Shown here: positions 1-11,760 of the stretch, in pieces
Layout: each line of letters begins with the position of its first letter
Numbering within the stretch: position 1 is the first letter of the stretch
Source of the DNA: Octopus vulgaris
Lineage: Eukaryota
Assembly: GCA_951406725.2 (NCBI GenBank)
Contig: OX597839.1
Location: 22,072,001-22,136,000 of the forward strand
Length of the DNA stretch: 64,000 nt
Direction: 5' to 3'
Made by a program: the position numbers and the translations under genes
The notes under the pieces: generated by a model
Seen by the model: only the letters and a program-made list of their open reading frames with translations
What the model was told of the DNA's origin: nothing
Database searches by the model: none

Positions 1-7
1 AGAAATC

Positions 8-360
8 AATCATCATCGTTTAACGTCCGCTTTCCATGCTAGCATGGGTTGGACGGTTCAACTGGGGTCTGGGGAGCCCGAAGGCTGCACCAGGCTCCAG
101 TCTGATCTGGCAGTGTTTCTACAGCTGGATGCCCTTCCTAATGCCAACCACTCCGAGAGTGTAGTGGGTGATTTTATGTGCCACCGACACAGGTGCCCGA
201 GGCTGGCGAACGGCCACGCTCGGATGGTGTTTTTTATGTGCCACCGACACAGGTGCCAGATGGCCACGCTCGGATGGTGTTTTTTATGTGCCACTGACAC
301 AGGTGCCAGACGGCCACGCTCGGATGGTGTTTTTTATGTGCCACCGACACAGGTGCCACA
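8..360 (-). mobile_element. 5'-truncated RTE-like LINE 3' UTR with (GAT)n tail and internal ~40-bp tandem repeats. Further copies at 637-963, 3310-3678, 10393-10597, 16410-16595, 17153-17475, 22173-22425, 24278-24688, 25298-25830, 32235-32550, 32770-33118, 46390-46603 and elsewhere
   Basis: Shared ...ggcgttaggaagggcatccagctgtagaaa...ccaacccatgctagcatggaaagcggacgttaaac(gat)n end with variable 5' truncation. Joined to an RTE ORF end at 38499-38990 and 62690-63089. Confidence 0.75.
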
Positions 361-1292
361 CGAGGCTTTAACGTAAGAACAGGTGTGGCTGTGTGGTAAG
401 AAGTTAGCTTCCCAACCACATGGTTCCAGGTTCAGTCCCACTGCATGACACCCAGATTAAGTATCTTCTACTGTAGCTTCAGGCTGATGAAAGCCTTGTG
501 GATTTGATAGATGGAAACTGAAAGAAGCTCAGCATGTGTGTTTGTGTGTCTGTCTCTCTCTCTATGTGTGTGTGTGCATGTATTTGTGTTTGTCTTGTTG
601 GCAATTGGTGTTGGTGGGTTTATGTCCCTGAAATTCGCCAGCCTCGTCTGGCACCTGTGTCGGTGGCACATAAAAAGCACCATCCGAGTGGCCGTCTGCC
701 AGCCTCGTCTGGCACCTGTGTCGGTGGCACATAAAAAACACCATCCGAGCGTGGCCGTTCGCCAGCCTCGTCTGGCACCTGTGTCGGTGGCACATAAAAT
801 CACCCACTACACTCTCGGAGTGGTTGGTGTTAGGAAGGGCATCCAGCTGTAGAAACACTGCCAGATCAGACTGGCCTGGTGCAGCCTTCGGGCTCCCCAG
901 ACCCCAGTTGAACCGTCCAACCCATGCTAGCATGGAAAGCGGACGTTAAACGATGATGATGATGAAACTTAGCAGTTTGGCGAAAGTGACTGATAGAACA
1001 AATACCAAACTTTAAAAATGGTCAGTACTCAGGGGTAGGGGTCAATTTGCTTGACTAAAAATTCTTCAAGATGGTGCCCCAGCATGGCCACAGTAAGTAG
1101 AAGATAAAGATACCTGAGATTGAACAAACCAATGAGCATAAGTCCTGTCCCATGTCGAAAAACAACTGATGCACCTGTTGGGGGCCCTTCATCCTCTATC
1201 ATTTTGTTTTGCTTTTGCTATATTTTTGATAATTTTATTTTCTTTTCCAAATTTTGCTATACTTTTTCTTTTCTTTTTGTTTCTGTATTTAG

Positions 1293-1463
1293 GATGGAGA
1301 TTACAATAAACCAATTCCAGCTCAATGGTCTTCCGAACTCAACTTCCCAATTTCCTGTTCCAAAGAGAAAATGGTTCCTTTATCCAACGGTCTCTGTTCT
1401 GCCTGCAATGAAAGACAACTTCTCAAAGTTCAACAGTTGGCTGTCTTCAAGCCATTTGTTGAG
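1293..1463 (+). CDS. TMEM201: TMEM201/Samp1/Ima1 homolog, first coding exon in window (Ima1 N-terminal Cys-rich region); upstream exon(s) outside window
   Basis: ttgtttctgtatttAG|GATGGA...GTTGAG|GTtagt, 171 nt, phase 0/0. Peptide DGDYNKPIPAQW...LCSACNERQLLKVQQLAVFKP matches the recalled TMEM201 motif GDYNKPIPAQ...LCxxCNxxQxxKIxQLAxF. Confidence 0.93.
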
Positions 1464-1690
1464 GTTAGTCTTGTAATGTTGTCTCAATTATTATTAATAC
1501 TAATTATACAAATTCTGCTGAAATCAATTTTCATCCTTTCATCATTTTGGGGGTCAATGGAAAAAGTACCTGTTATGCACTGGGGTTAATTTAATCGACT
1601 TCCCCCCCATCTTCCCCCAAATTTCAAGCCTTGTGCTTATAGTAGAGAGGATTATTATCATCATCATTATTATTATTATCATTATTATTA

Positions 1691-2220
1691 AGTGAGAGAG
1701 CAGTTCATGCCATCAAAGTGACACGGGTAAAATATACGAAGCCCAATATACCCATCATGACTACCCGTCTGATAAGGGTACACCAGGCACATGCATCACA
1801 GCCATATGTGCGCGACATGGTGATCTCATATCAAGATAAACAGCACATGACCTTGCCGGTGGGGCCCAGTTAGAATTTTCTTCTGGTCGAGTAACCCATC
1901 CCGCTCAAAAGGTTGTTTAAGGATGTTGAAAGAACCACCCATGTTTCCAGAGGTGAATTATTCAAACCCCAAAGAATCCCTCTCAACACATGGCTATGAT
2001 GCTCCCCCACTACTTCTGCTCGTGATCAGAGATGCACATATCGTCAGCCACTAAGGGACATGGTCCACTGGTTAAGGTCAAGCAACTGACAAGCAAATCT
2101 GTGGTATTGAGCAGAATATTTGCTGTAGGCCACCTTTTATACCAAGACAAAACAATGTACATGATGAAACTTCCAATCAGTTAAGATCAGAAGCCATGAG
2201 AGCCACTGCCTGGTACTGCA
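1691..2220. repeat. ~530-bp unclassified insertion bounded by (ATT)n tracts
   Basis: Non-coding, higher-GC block with (ATT/ATC)n on both sides and no convincing ORF. Confidence 0.35.
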
Positions 2221-3957
2221 TTATTATCATTATTATTACCATCATCATTATTATTATAATTATTATTATCAACTTTCACCCTAACTCTAAAATTGTTGGC
2301 CTTGTGCCAAAATTTGAGACCATCATCATTTAACATCTGTGTTCCATGGGTGGGGGCGGTACCACAAAAGCTGGCCAGGCCAAAGCCTGTATCAGACTTC
2401 TGTGACTGTTTTGGCAGGATATTTACAGCTGGCATGGAGTATAGCCTCATCATCGTCCTTATTAAGGCAGTGAGCTGGCAGAATCGTTAGCACACTGGAC
2501 GAAACGATGAGCAGTATTTTGTCTGCTGCTGAGGTTAACTTTGTCTTTCATCCTTTTGGGGTTGATAAAATAAGTACCAGTTAAACACTGGGGTTAATGT
2601 AAACGACTCATTCCTTTCCCTCCAAAATTGCTGACCTTGTTGCAAAATTTCAAACCATCATCATCATCATCATTATAATAATTAAGGCAGTGAGATGGCT
2701 GACTTGTTAGCATATTTGTTAGCATGGTGGTGCCCCAGCATGGCCACAGCTCGTGAGCTGAAACTAGAATCAATCAATCATACTACACAAAATTGTTTGC
2801 AGTCTTTTTTTAGCCTTTTTACATTCTGAGGTTGGCTTTGCCCTTCATCCTTTTTGTGGGCAATAAAATAAGGACTGGGGTCACTGTAATTGACTAGCCC
2901 CCCACCCCCACCTCAACATTTCAGGCCTTATACCTTTAGTAGAAAGGATTATCAGTGAAAGAGTGATGGATTTTGGCAGAATTGTTAGAATTTTCAAAAA
3001 AATTCCTTGTGCTATTAATTCTAGCGCTTTACATTCCTATCTAAAACCGAAGTTGATGATATCAACAGATGCCTCTCCTTAGATTTCAGGTTTTGGGCCT
3101 AGATTAGAAAATTACTTCCATAGCCTTCCCTTATTTTAAAGAATTTGTCTTTGTAATGCTCTCCATCCATCTCCTTTGTTGTAAGGAAAGTAATTAGCAT
3201 TGTTGTTATTGTTGTTGTTGTGATAATAGATAAAGGTGGGGCCCTGACAGAATTGTTAGCACACTGGGCAAATTGCTTCATGGCAATTCATTTGTCTTTA
3301 ATCAAATCAAATCAAACCAAATCAAAATAGATGAACATCAATGGAATTTGTATCTTTGTGGTACCAGTGCCGGTGGCACACAAGAAAACCATCCGAACGT
3401 GGCCGTAGCCAGTACCGCATCGACTGGCCTCCGTGCTGTGGGCATGTAACAAACACCATCCGATTGTGGCCGTTCGCCAGCCCCGTCTGGCACCTGTGTC
3501 GGTGGCACATAAAATCACCCACTACACTCTCGGAGTGGTTGGCGTTAGGAAGGGCATCCAGCTGTAGAAACACTGCCAGATCTGACTGGCCTAGTGCAGC
3601 CTTCGGGCTCCCCAGACCCCAGTTGAACCGTCCAACCCATGCTAGCATGGAAAGCGGACGTTAAATGATGATGATGATTATTTATTCAAGGGAATGCTAT
3701 ACCTGGAGCCCCTAATATTAAGGGGACTAATTAATTTCCAAACCTTACAATTATAACAGGTATGACTAGAAAAAAAAACAACTTCTTATGAATGCAATGG
3801 CTGTGACGATTACATTGTATTAGTTGTCATCATGTTTTGAGTTCAAATTCTGATTTTGCCTCTTCGCCTTTTGGGGTTGATAAAATAAGTACCAGTCTAC
3901 TTCTTGGGTTGATGCAATTGACTACCTTCTCCTCCAGATTTCAGCCCTTGCCCCTAT

Positions 3958-4152
3958 ATTCAGTAGTCTTCTTTTTATCACATGCTTTCACTGCACTACT
4001 GAGCACAGCTCTGTGTGCCTTGGAGTATGGGCTGTGGTTTGTTGTGATGCTCTTATGGTTACTGTATTGAAAGTGTTTTACGTAGGATGTGTGCAGTGCC
4101 TAGTAGTGCAATTTTCTGTAAGTTATATACATTCATAAGTCCTGCTGTTTTG
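3958..4152 (-). mobile_element. 3' end of an RLE-type (R4/Dong-like) non-LTR retrotransposon
   Basis: C-terminal LQKIALLGTAHILRKTLSIQ* (stop at 4059) is typical of RLE-clade ORF ends. Followed by a short 3' UTR and adjacent to a (TAT)n tract. Confidence 0.65.
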
Positions 4153-4167
4153 GCTATTATTATTATG

Positions 4168-4735
4168 AACGGGTCCATAGTGATGATTGTCCTGTTGCCC
4201 TCTTTTAATTGGGCAGGCGAGGCTGTTTTCCTTTGCCTAGTTGCTGTGGTGAAAGAAGTTGTCTGGTGGTCAAGATTGAAAGGTATGAGGACAGATACGT
4301 TCCTCTTTGGTAAAGGCCTTATTGACTTTTCAAGTTTCATTTGGAAAGACGAGGGTGGAGAGGGAAGTGCTGTCCTTCAGTGAATTTATTGAAATTTGGG
4401 TGAAAAGCAGCCTAAATGGCAAGAGTGGATGGTACTGCTCTAAGTGTGGACCTGTGAGTTGGAGGAAAGGAACTGGAGAGGGCACTTGCCCTTGGTGTTT
4501 AGGGAGGTTTTAGGCAGTGGGGTTCCTTGATTATCCCTATCCTTAGAGGTCTCTCTTGTATCTCTATCATCCTTTTTTGTTTTTACTTTTGTATACTGTA
4601 TATACGTCCTTTTTTATTGTATGCCATGTATGCTTATATATTTTTTCTTTATTTTATCATTTCATATGTAAACCCCTTCTTTATGTCTGTATTGTCCCCC
4701 TAATCCTTTGTGCTGGTGGCACATAAAAGAAATCA
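4168..4735 (+). mobile_element. old Tx1/L1-like LINE 3' fragment (ORF2 C-terminus and 3' UTR)
   Basis: SIVMIV...AVFLCLVAVVKEVVWWSRLKG aligns by eye with SIIKIV...CFLCVVATAKEVAWKTRVQG of the copy at 25830-27110. T-rich UTR and (TAA)n tail. Confidence 0.65.
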
Positions 4736-5036
4736 TTGTTATTAATAATAATAATAATAATAATCATAATAATGATAATAAAGCTGTGAGCTGGCAGAAT
4801 CGTTAGCATGCTGGGCAAAATGCTTACCGACATTTTGTCTGTCTTTACGTTTTGAGTTCAAATTCCACCGAGGTTGACTTTGCGTTTCATCCTTTCAGGT
4901 ACAATAAATTAAGTATCAGTCAAGTACTGGGGTCGATGTAATTGACTATCCCCTCCCCCCAGATTCCGGGCCTTGTGCCTACAGTAGAAAGGATTATTAT
5001 TAATAATAGTATTTACTTGTTTTCCAAATTGTTTAG

Positions 5037-5240
5037 GCCAACTACAATAAAGAGGTGAACGACTACAAGGAACATCTGGAGAAAATCTACAATCTCTGCT
5101 ACAAGTGTAAACTTTATGTGCAACAGGAACTGGAAAAACTCGATATGTTTTTGAAGATGAAATACCCCCAGACTCTCAGCGGCAGTGCTTTGTCCCCTGC
5201 CTCTTCTGTCTCTACAGTCTCTACTTCTACCTTATCTCAG
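5037..5240 (+). CDS. TMEM201: TMEM201 coding exon
   Basis: gtttAG|GCCAAC...TCTCAG|GTaaac, 204 nt, phase 0/0. ANYNKEVNDYKEHLEKIYNLCYKCK resembles YDEEVEVYRHHLEQMYKLCRPC with a CxxC pair. Confidence 0.92.
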
Positions 5241-5316
5241 GTAAACTCATCATCATCATCACTTAACATCTGTTTTCCATGCTGGCATGGGTTGGACAAA
5301 CTTTATAAGTAAAGCC

Positions 5317-5543
5317 TTAACCCTTTAGTGTTCAGATTATTCAATCAAACATAATACCTATTGATTCACATTGATTTGAATTAATCATGCATTATCTCAT
5401 ATCTTCAAGATCTTGATGGTGTAATTACTTAATGTAGAATAACATTGTAGGGTAGGTGTGAGAGCCTGGATCTGGTCAGTTTGAATGTAAAACAGATTAA
5501 CTATTTTGGCCGGATATGGCCGGTTTAAATACTAAAGTGTTAA
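5317..5543. mobile_element. TTAA-flanked piggyBac-type MITE (~225 bp). Near-identical inverted copy at 40767-40993; relatives at 9814-10042, 15652-15858, 16888-17150 and 20373-21190
   Basis: TTAA|CCCTTTAG...CTAAAG(G/T)G|TTAA termini. Confidence 0.8.
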
Positions 5544-5778
5544 TATACATGGAATACAACAAAGCTCTTAATAGTTTCATGCTTTAAGGTACCTTAAATT
5601 GGCAGATTTATATAACCTGCCCTGTAGCTCCATGGCCATGTGGCATGTTATTTAAATCAGCCAAATTATTGTACCTGTACAGCATGATACTATTAGTAGC
5701 CCCTTTTTAAAAATTCTTTGTATATTAAATGATATATGTGTGTGTGTGTATCTATATATATATATAGATGGTGAAGAT

Positions 5779-6080
5779 GCATGGCTCAGTGGTTAAAGCA
5801 TTGCGCTCACAATCAGGTGGTGTGTTTGATTCTTGGACTGGGCTAGAGATTATGTTCTTGAGCAAGACACTTTATTTCACTTTGCTCCATTTTCACTCAG
5901 TTGTAGAAATAAGTTGCGACATCACTGGTTCCAAGCTGTATTGGTCCCTTTGCCTTTCCCTTGGATAACACTGGTTGCATGGGTGACTGCTGGTCTTCCT
6001 GCCTGGATTTGTTCCTCAGTGGGGAGCTTACTTTCTACATGCAATCCCATAGTCATTCATGACCAAAAGGGGCTCTTTAC
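5779..6080 (+). mobile_element. tRNA(Arg)-derived CORE-type SINE. Copies at 12583-12920 (-), 19438-19775 (+), 37423-37745 (+), 49930-50268 (+)
   Basis: A box TGGCTCAGTGGTTAGAGC, ACG anticodon-like loop in the best copies, B-box-like TCGAATCCC and a CORE-like tcttgagcaagacact segment. Confidence 0.8.
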
Positions 6081-6087
6081 TTCCCCT

Positions 6088-6119
<32 letters not shown>

Positions 6120-6122
6120 TCC

Positions 6123-6152
<30 letters not shown>

Positions 6153-6153
<1 letters not shown>

Positions 6154-6396
6154 ATAGAATGGTTGTATACTGTCAATCTAACAGGAACGTGACAGTAGGG
6201 GGTACATATATATGTATATAAGGACACAGGGAAAAATGTGTCAAAGCTATCAGGAGGCGTTCGATGCTTCCTAGGGCTATACAGCGGTGGTGTACCCCCT
6301 ACTGTCACGTTCTTGTTAGATTGACAGTATACAACCATTCTATCGCCCCACCACCGTACATGTCTCTACGAGAGATTTAGAAATTCAATATTTCTT
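6153..6396 (+). mobile_element. Penelope-like fragment with 5' inverted segment; same family as 61820-62140
   Basis: 54-bp inverted repeat at 6153-6206/6291-6344, (TA)n flanks, and ~190 bp shared with 61950-62140. Confidence 0.6.
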
Positions 6397-6565
6397 ATAT
6401 ATATATACTATATAATGGAATCTTTGTTTATGAATCTAATTTCTTTCCTGAAGGCTATTCATCTGCAAAAATGTCTGTAAACTATTTTCCTCACAGGAAA
6501 TTCGAGAGAATGCTCAGCTAATTCAATCAGAGCTGTGCACCGAGTGAAAGCTGGATGGCGACTGA

Positions 6566-6650
6566 CTCTCTTCGGCTGAGACTCTCTTTGGCTGAGACTC
6601 TCTTTGGCTGAGACTCTCTTTGGCTGAGACTCTCTTCGGCTGAGACTCTC
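6566..6650 (+). repeat. 16-bp minisatellite x5 (GACTCTCTTYGGCTGA)
   Basis: Read directly from the sequence. Confidence 0.9.
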
Positions 6651-6850
6651 AGCTTGTTGCCATCCGTCCATGCCAGCCTGCATGTTCATTATTCAAGCCA
6701 CCGTTTGTCACCTGACATGTTTTAGATTAGAAAAATTCTTTGTAAACTGATTTGTTGATGATGAGAGACATTCTTTGACCGAGGTTTTGCTGTGTTTATA
6801 TTGAAATGAAAATTTCACTAATCCTTTCCTTTGTGTTGTTTTAATTTCAG

Positions 6851-7095
6851 TCATCCAAGTTGTCGTGTGTTCAAGCCCAGCTGCCGTCCCTCCTACAAAT
6901 GTTCAGTTTTGTCTCTGCTATCATCCTCCTTATTGCATACATCTTCCAAATCTCTTTGAACTTCTTCACGACAATGATGTTGCCCATTTGGTCGGTTCAT
7001 CTGTGCCAGCTGCTCACCAGAAACGTTTGTCCCATTGCTATTTCTGGTCTCTTCTTCTGCCTGGCATCAAAGTTTTTATTTCTCGGACGAGTCAG
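6851..7095 (+). CDS. TMEM201: TMEM201 coding exon (transmembrane segments)
   Basis: tttcAG|TCATCC...GTCAG|GTaagt, 245 nt, phase 0/2. Hydrophobic helices ending LFLGRVR. Confidence 0.88.
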
Positions 7096-7145
7096 GTAAG
7101 TCTTCTCGTCCCACTTTTCCAGTCTCTCTGATTAGGATTGAAGCT

Positions 7146-7445
7146 TTAACCCCTTACCTGGCAGAAACGAATATATTCGTTTTGACCGAAATCGTTTTTT
7201 TCTATCTCTGGCGAGTCAACTCGCCAAAATCGACAGCAAACGAGTTCCTTCGTCTAAAAACGGGTTAACTCGTTTCTGCCCAAAGTGGTAATTTAAAATC
7301 AATATTATTGAATTAAAATTCATAATAAATAAGGTTTGAAATATACCTCGAAATCACCATTCAAAACATAGTAAAATAAAACAATTAAAAAATATGTCTG
7401 AAAAAATACATTTATTTTCAAAATAATTGTTGGGTAAGGGGTTAA
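7146..7445. mobile_element. TTAA-flanked piggyBac-type MITE (~300 bp); near-identical copy at 18514-18829
   Basis: TTAA|CCCCTTACC...GGTAAGGGG|TTAA TIR/TSD in both copies. Confidence 0.85.
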
Positions 7446-8282
7446 TGATGTTCATGCCTTGCCCGTAATCATTGCCTGATGTGAAATCCTTCCAAGCTAA
7501 CATTGATTCTCGCCGATGGTTATCAGTTCTTAGATATTTCACTTCATGGTTTTGTCATTACTACTTCAGCAACCACAATGAAATCTGTGCTTTGTTGATG
7601 AGGGGTCATAAGAGAGAAATATGTTTGCAGTTGTCTCTAATTATTGAAGTTATTAAAATAGTATTATCTAATATAATAAATGCAAAAACTAATTTCTGTG
7701 TGTCAGTGTGTCACACTTCGGAACCCCCCCCTTCCTCACTGTTCATTGATATTTCTGTTGCTCATGCTGGGGTGAGAGTAATAGTAGGAGGCATAGAGAT
7801 GGTGAGGGTAGTGGCAAAGATAGACAAAGAGAGAGAAAGAAATTTAGGGAGAGTTGATGTTTTTATTAAAAGTAGTAATGTTGATGATGGCAGTGGGAAT
7901 GATAAAAGAGGGACTGGACACAATTCTTTTACACACACACACACTGCCTTTTTGTGATGATAATGGGGTGATATTATGAGCTGTAGTTGTGATAGAAGTG
8001 GAGGTGGCAGTGATGATGGTGGTGGTGGTGGTAGCCACGGCGGTCAGGGATACTGGTGAAGGTAAATGATGTGAAAGGCAGAGGGGGATTGCAGTGAAGT
8101 CAAAGGTATTGATGGTGGTGGCGTCAGAAGTCTGAATGGTGTGTGTATGGCAGATGTGGTGGCGATGGTGGTGGTACTGTTATTTATCCTGCTGCTTTGC
8201 AATAAGTTCCAAGTTGACAAATTATATTGTTGTTTTGATGAAAATTGTTCTTTGCTTGAAAAATATCAATCAAGTTTAATAT

Positions 8283-8765
8283 GGAGTGGCTGTGTGGTAA
8301 GTAGCTTGCTAACCAACCACATGGTTCCGGGTTCAGTCCCACTGCGTGGCATCTTGGGCAAGTGTCTTCTGCTATAGCCCCGGGCCGACCAATGCCTTGT
8401 GAGTGGATTTGGTAGACGGAAACTGAAAGAAGCCTGTCGTATATTTTATTTTATTTTATTTTTATTTTATCTAGTTTCAGCTCACGAGCTGTGGCCATGC
8501 TGGGGCACCGCCATATATATGTATATATGTGTAGGTGTGTGTGTATATGTTTGTGTGTCTGTGTTTGTCCCCCTAGCATTGCTTGACAACCGATGCTGGT
8601 GTGTTTACGTCCCCATCACTTAGCGGTTCGGCGAAAGAGACCAATAGAATAAGTACTGGGCTTACAAAGAATAAGTCCCGGGGTCGATTTGCTCGACTAA
8701 AGGTGGTGCTCCAGCATGGCCGCAGTCAAATGACTGAAACAAGTAAAAGAGTAAAAGAAAAAGAG
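8283..8765 (+). mobile_element. tRNA-derived CORE-type SINE with an internal (TA)/(TG) microsatellite. Copies at 378-1110 (split), 11326-11718, 16195-16355, 34146-35255 (split), 44513-44940, 48248-48642 (-), 52640-52802 (-), 54324-54730, 55470-55848 (-), 63130-63313 (-)
   Basis: ggagtggctgtgtggtaag...ggttcagtccc...ttgggcaagtgtctt...gactgaaacaagtaaaagag recurs throughout the window. Confidence 0.85.
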
Positions 8766-9039
8766 TATGTACTCAATGCATGAAGTGTCATTGTTGGGCC
8801 CCAGGCCCTATGAAGAGCCCCCCCACCACAGGAGCTAGCTTAAAAGCCACTCGATAGGGTGGCTTCTAAGTTGGTTCATTAACTAAAAATGTTTTTTCTT
8901 CTCTACAGAATTTTCTTGCTGACAGATTTAATGCTCCCTTCATTAATATATGTGTGTGTGACCATATTTATGCGTGTGTGTCTATCACCATACATGTGTG
9001 TTTGTTGCCATATATATGTGTATGTCGACGTATGTGTTG

Positions 9040-9410
9040 CATTATATATATACATTATATACATATATACATATATATACATATATATACATTATATACA
9101 TATATGCATTATATACATATATGCATTATATACATATATGCATTATATACATATATGCATTATATACATTATATACATTATATATATACATATATACATT
9201 ATATATATACATATATACATTATATATATATATACATATACATATATATACATTATATACATATATGCATTATATACATATATGCATTATATACATTATA
9301 TATATACATATATACATTATATACATATATATATATACATTATATACATATATGCATTATATACATTATATATATACATATATACATTATATACATATAT
9401 GCATTATACA
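9040..9410 (+). repeat. degenerate AT-rich minisatellite (~17-bp ATATACATATATGCATT-like unit) in a TMEM201 intron
   Basis: Read directly from the sequence; explains the YIYI-rich ORFs. Confidence 0.9.
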
Positions 9411-9494
9411 CATGGATGCATACCACTAATTTGCAGCAAGTGTTCACTTATCCATTTCTACCTGTATTCAATTTCTTGTTTTGGTTTGCTTCAG

Positions 9495-9689
9495 GCTATA
9501 TGCTGGTGACGTGGTCGATGCCCTCTTTTGGCTCCTGCTCAATGTGGTGGGCTTGATGTTCCTCCACGACAGACCTGCCTCCCCTCTTGCTCTCGGCCTA
9601 CACTGTCTCTGTCACACTGTCAACACCGTTTCTACCTGTCTTTGTCTGGTTTGGACCAGAGTGAATTACCAAAGCCGAGAAGAATTAGA
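9495..9689 (+). CDS. TMEM201: TMEM201 coding exon (transmembrane segments)
   Basis: gcttcAG|GCTATA...TTAGA|GTaagt, 195 nt, phase 2/2. RLYAGDVVDALFWLLLNVVGL..., frame-compatible with both neighbouring exons. Confidence 0.88.
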
Positions 9690-10611
9690 GTAAGTTTGTT
9701 TCCATTTCAAATGAATCTCTGCTCACATACACCACAGACCATATATCTATATACAGTCAATTCAAGGATATCTTATCTTTATTAGGGATTAATAAATCTA
9801 AAATTTCATTGGTTTAACCCTTTAGTGTTTAAACTGGCCATATCCGGCCAAAAGTATTCTGCCTGTTTTATGTTCAAACTGGCCAGATCTGGTCTCTCAC
9901 ACCAACCCTACAATATCCATTAAAAAATTAACAGCTACCTCATCAAAATCTCAAAGCTACAAGATAATGCCTGATTAGTTCAAGGCAATGTGGATAAAAA
10001 AGGATTAATTTTGGCAGAATAATCCGAACACTAAAGGGTTAATCCCCATTACATTAGAAGAAAATTTCTACATTGCGTTTTGGATTATAATAGGTAAAAT
10101 TAATAATGGAGAGTTAATTTAATTGCATCATAGTCTGTTTCAAAGATATAAACACAAATATTGTTTTTTTAAAAAAATTATTTGTAATTAAAACTTAACA
10201 ACAAATAAATGGTGCAAATAAATTAACTCTACATCCTTTACTCTCCATTTTCTTACATTATCAATTTTACTTATTATATCCCCTCCCCACACACAGACAC
10301 GCACACACTACAGATGTCCAACTTGAATTTCACTAACTTTGGATTGCCTTGATAATGTTAACATTAATGATATTTTATATATATATATATATCATCATCA
10401 TCATCGTTTAACGTCCGTTCTCCATGCTAGCATGGGTTGGACGGTTCGACCGGGGATCTGGGAAGCCAGAAGGCTGCACCAGGCTCCAGTCTTATCTGGC
10501 AATGTTTCTACAGCTGGATGCCCTTCCTAACGCCAACCACTCCGAGAGTGTAGTGGGTGCTTTTTACGTGCCACCTGCACAGGTGCCAGGCGAGGCTATA
10601 TATATATATAT

Positions 10612-11285
10612 AGCATTATTAAATCTCAGATTGAGATTGAAACAGTAATCGCTTGATAATGTAAAGTATAGAAGCCATCTTAACATGGCTAACCACATAG
10701 GGGAGGGGATATTACTGTAGCTTTATAGCCCCAGGAGATCGTCGTCTCCAGCTGGCTTTAGACACCATTTCAGCACCCTTGAAGTATTTGCAAAGGGAGG
10801 CCACCCCTTCCTCGCAAGCCTGAGTGATACGCTCGGACTAATTTGACGACGATCTCCTGGGGCTATACAGCTACAGTAACACCCCCTCCCCAATGTGGTT
10901 AGCCATGTTAAGATGGCTTCTATCCTTTACATTATCGAGCGATTACTGTTTCAATCTCATTCTGAGATTTAATAATGCTTACTGTCAGTTTTTCGAAATC
11001 AGTGGCAGACGTCACTAGAAAAACTCTTATATATTTGCAAGGCGGCCTTCTCTTTCATCGCGACCTGGTGGTTACCGCCCGTTGACAAGGGACAAAAATC
11101 CCGAAACTAGTCCGAGCGTATCACTCAGGCTTGCGAGGAAGGGATGGCCTCCCTTTGCAAATACTTCAAGTGCACTGAAATGGTGTCTAAAGCCAGCTGG
11201 AGACGACGATCTCCTGGGGCTATACAGCTACAGTAACACACCCTCCCCTATGTGGTTAGCCATGTTAAGATGGCTTCTATACTTT

Positions 11286-11289
<4 letters not shown>
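10612..11289 (+). mobile_element. Penelope-like pseudo-LTR remnant (inverted plus partial tandem repeat)
   Basis: 10612-10746 is inverted relative to 10845-10979, and 11107-11289 is the reverse complement of ~10659-10840. (TA)n flanks; contains a hammerhead motif. Confidence 0.65.
11076..11118 (+). ncRNA. minimal type I hammerhead ribozyme motif, U3:A8 variant core
   Basis: cgcccg-TTGACAA-ggga(caaaaa)tccc-GAAAC-ta-GTC-cgagcg; palindromic ACTAGT stem III; one stem I mismatch. Confidence 0.6.
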
Positions 11290-11327
<38 letters not shown>

Positions 11328-11714
11328 CGCAGGAGTGGGTGTGTGGTAAGTAGCTTGCTAACCAACCACATGGTTCTGGGTTCAGTCCCGCTGCGTGGCA
11401 TCTTGGGCAAGTGTCTTCTGCTATAGCCCCGGGCCGACCAATGCCTTGTGAGTGGATTTGGTAAATGGAAACTGAAAGAAGCCTGTCGTATATATATATA
11501 TATATATATATCTATGTGTGTGTGTCTGTGTTTGTCCCCCTAGCATTGCTTGACAACCGATGCTGGTGTGTTTACATCCCCGTCACTTAGCGGTTCGGCA
11601 AAAGAGACCGATAGAATAAGTACTGGGCTTACAAAGAATAAGTCCTGGGGTCAATTTGCTTGACTAAAGGCGGTGCTCCAGCATGGCTGTAGTCAAATGA
11701 CTGAAACAAGTAAA

Positions 11715-11759
<45 letters not shown>

Positions 11760-11760
<1 letters not shown>

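Noticed and set aside
170-360. CRISPR-like repeats with a palindromic core
   Set aside because: The intervening segments are near-identical rather than unique spacers; there are no cas genes; the context is a eukaryotic retroelement UTR.
44-376. Recurrent MGWTV...LQLDALPNANH peptides
   Set aside because: Antisense translation of the multi-copy RTE 3' UTR, not a gene family.
8889-9556. YI/HT/CV-rich ORFs here and at 46977-47911, 52393-52804, 59878-60689 and 61362-61826
   Set aside because: Translations of dinucleotide and trinucleotide microsatellites.
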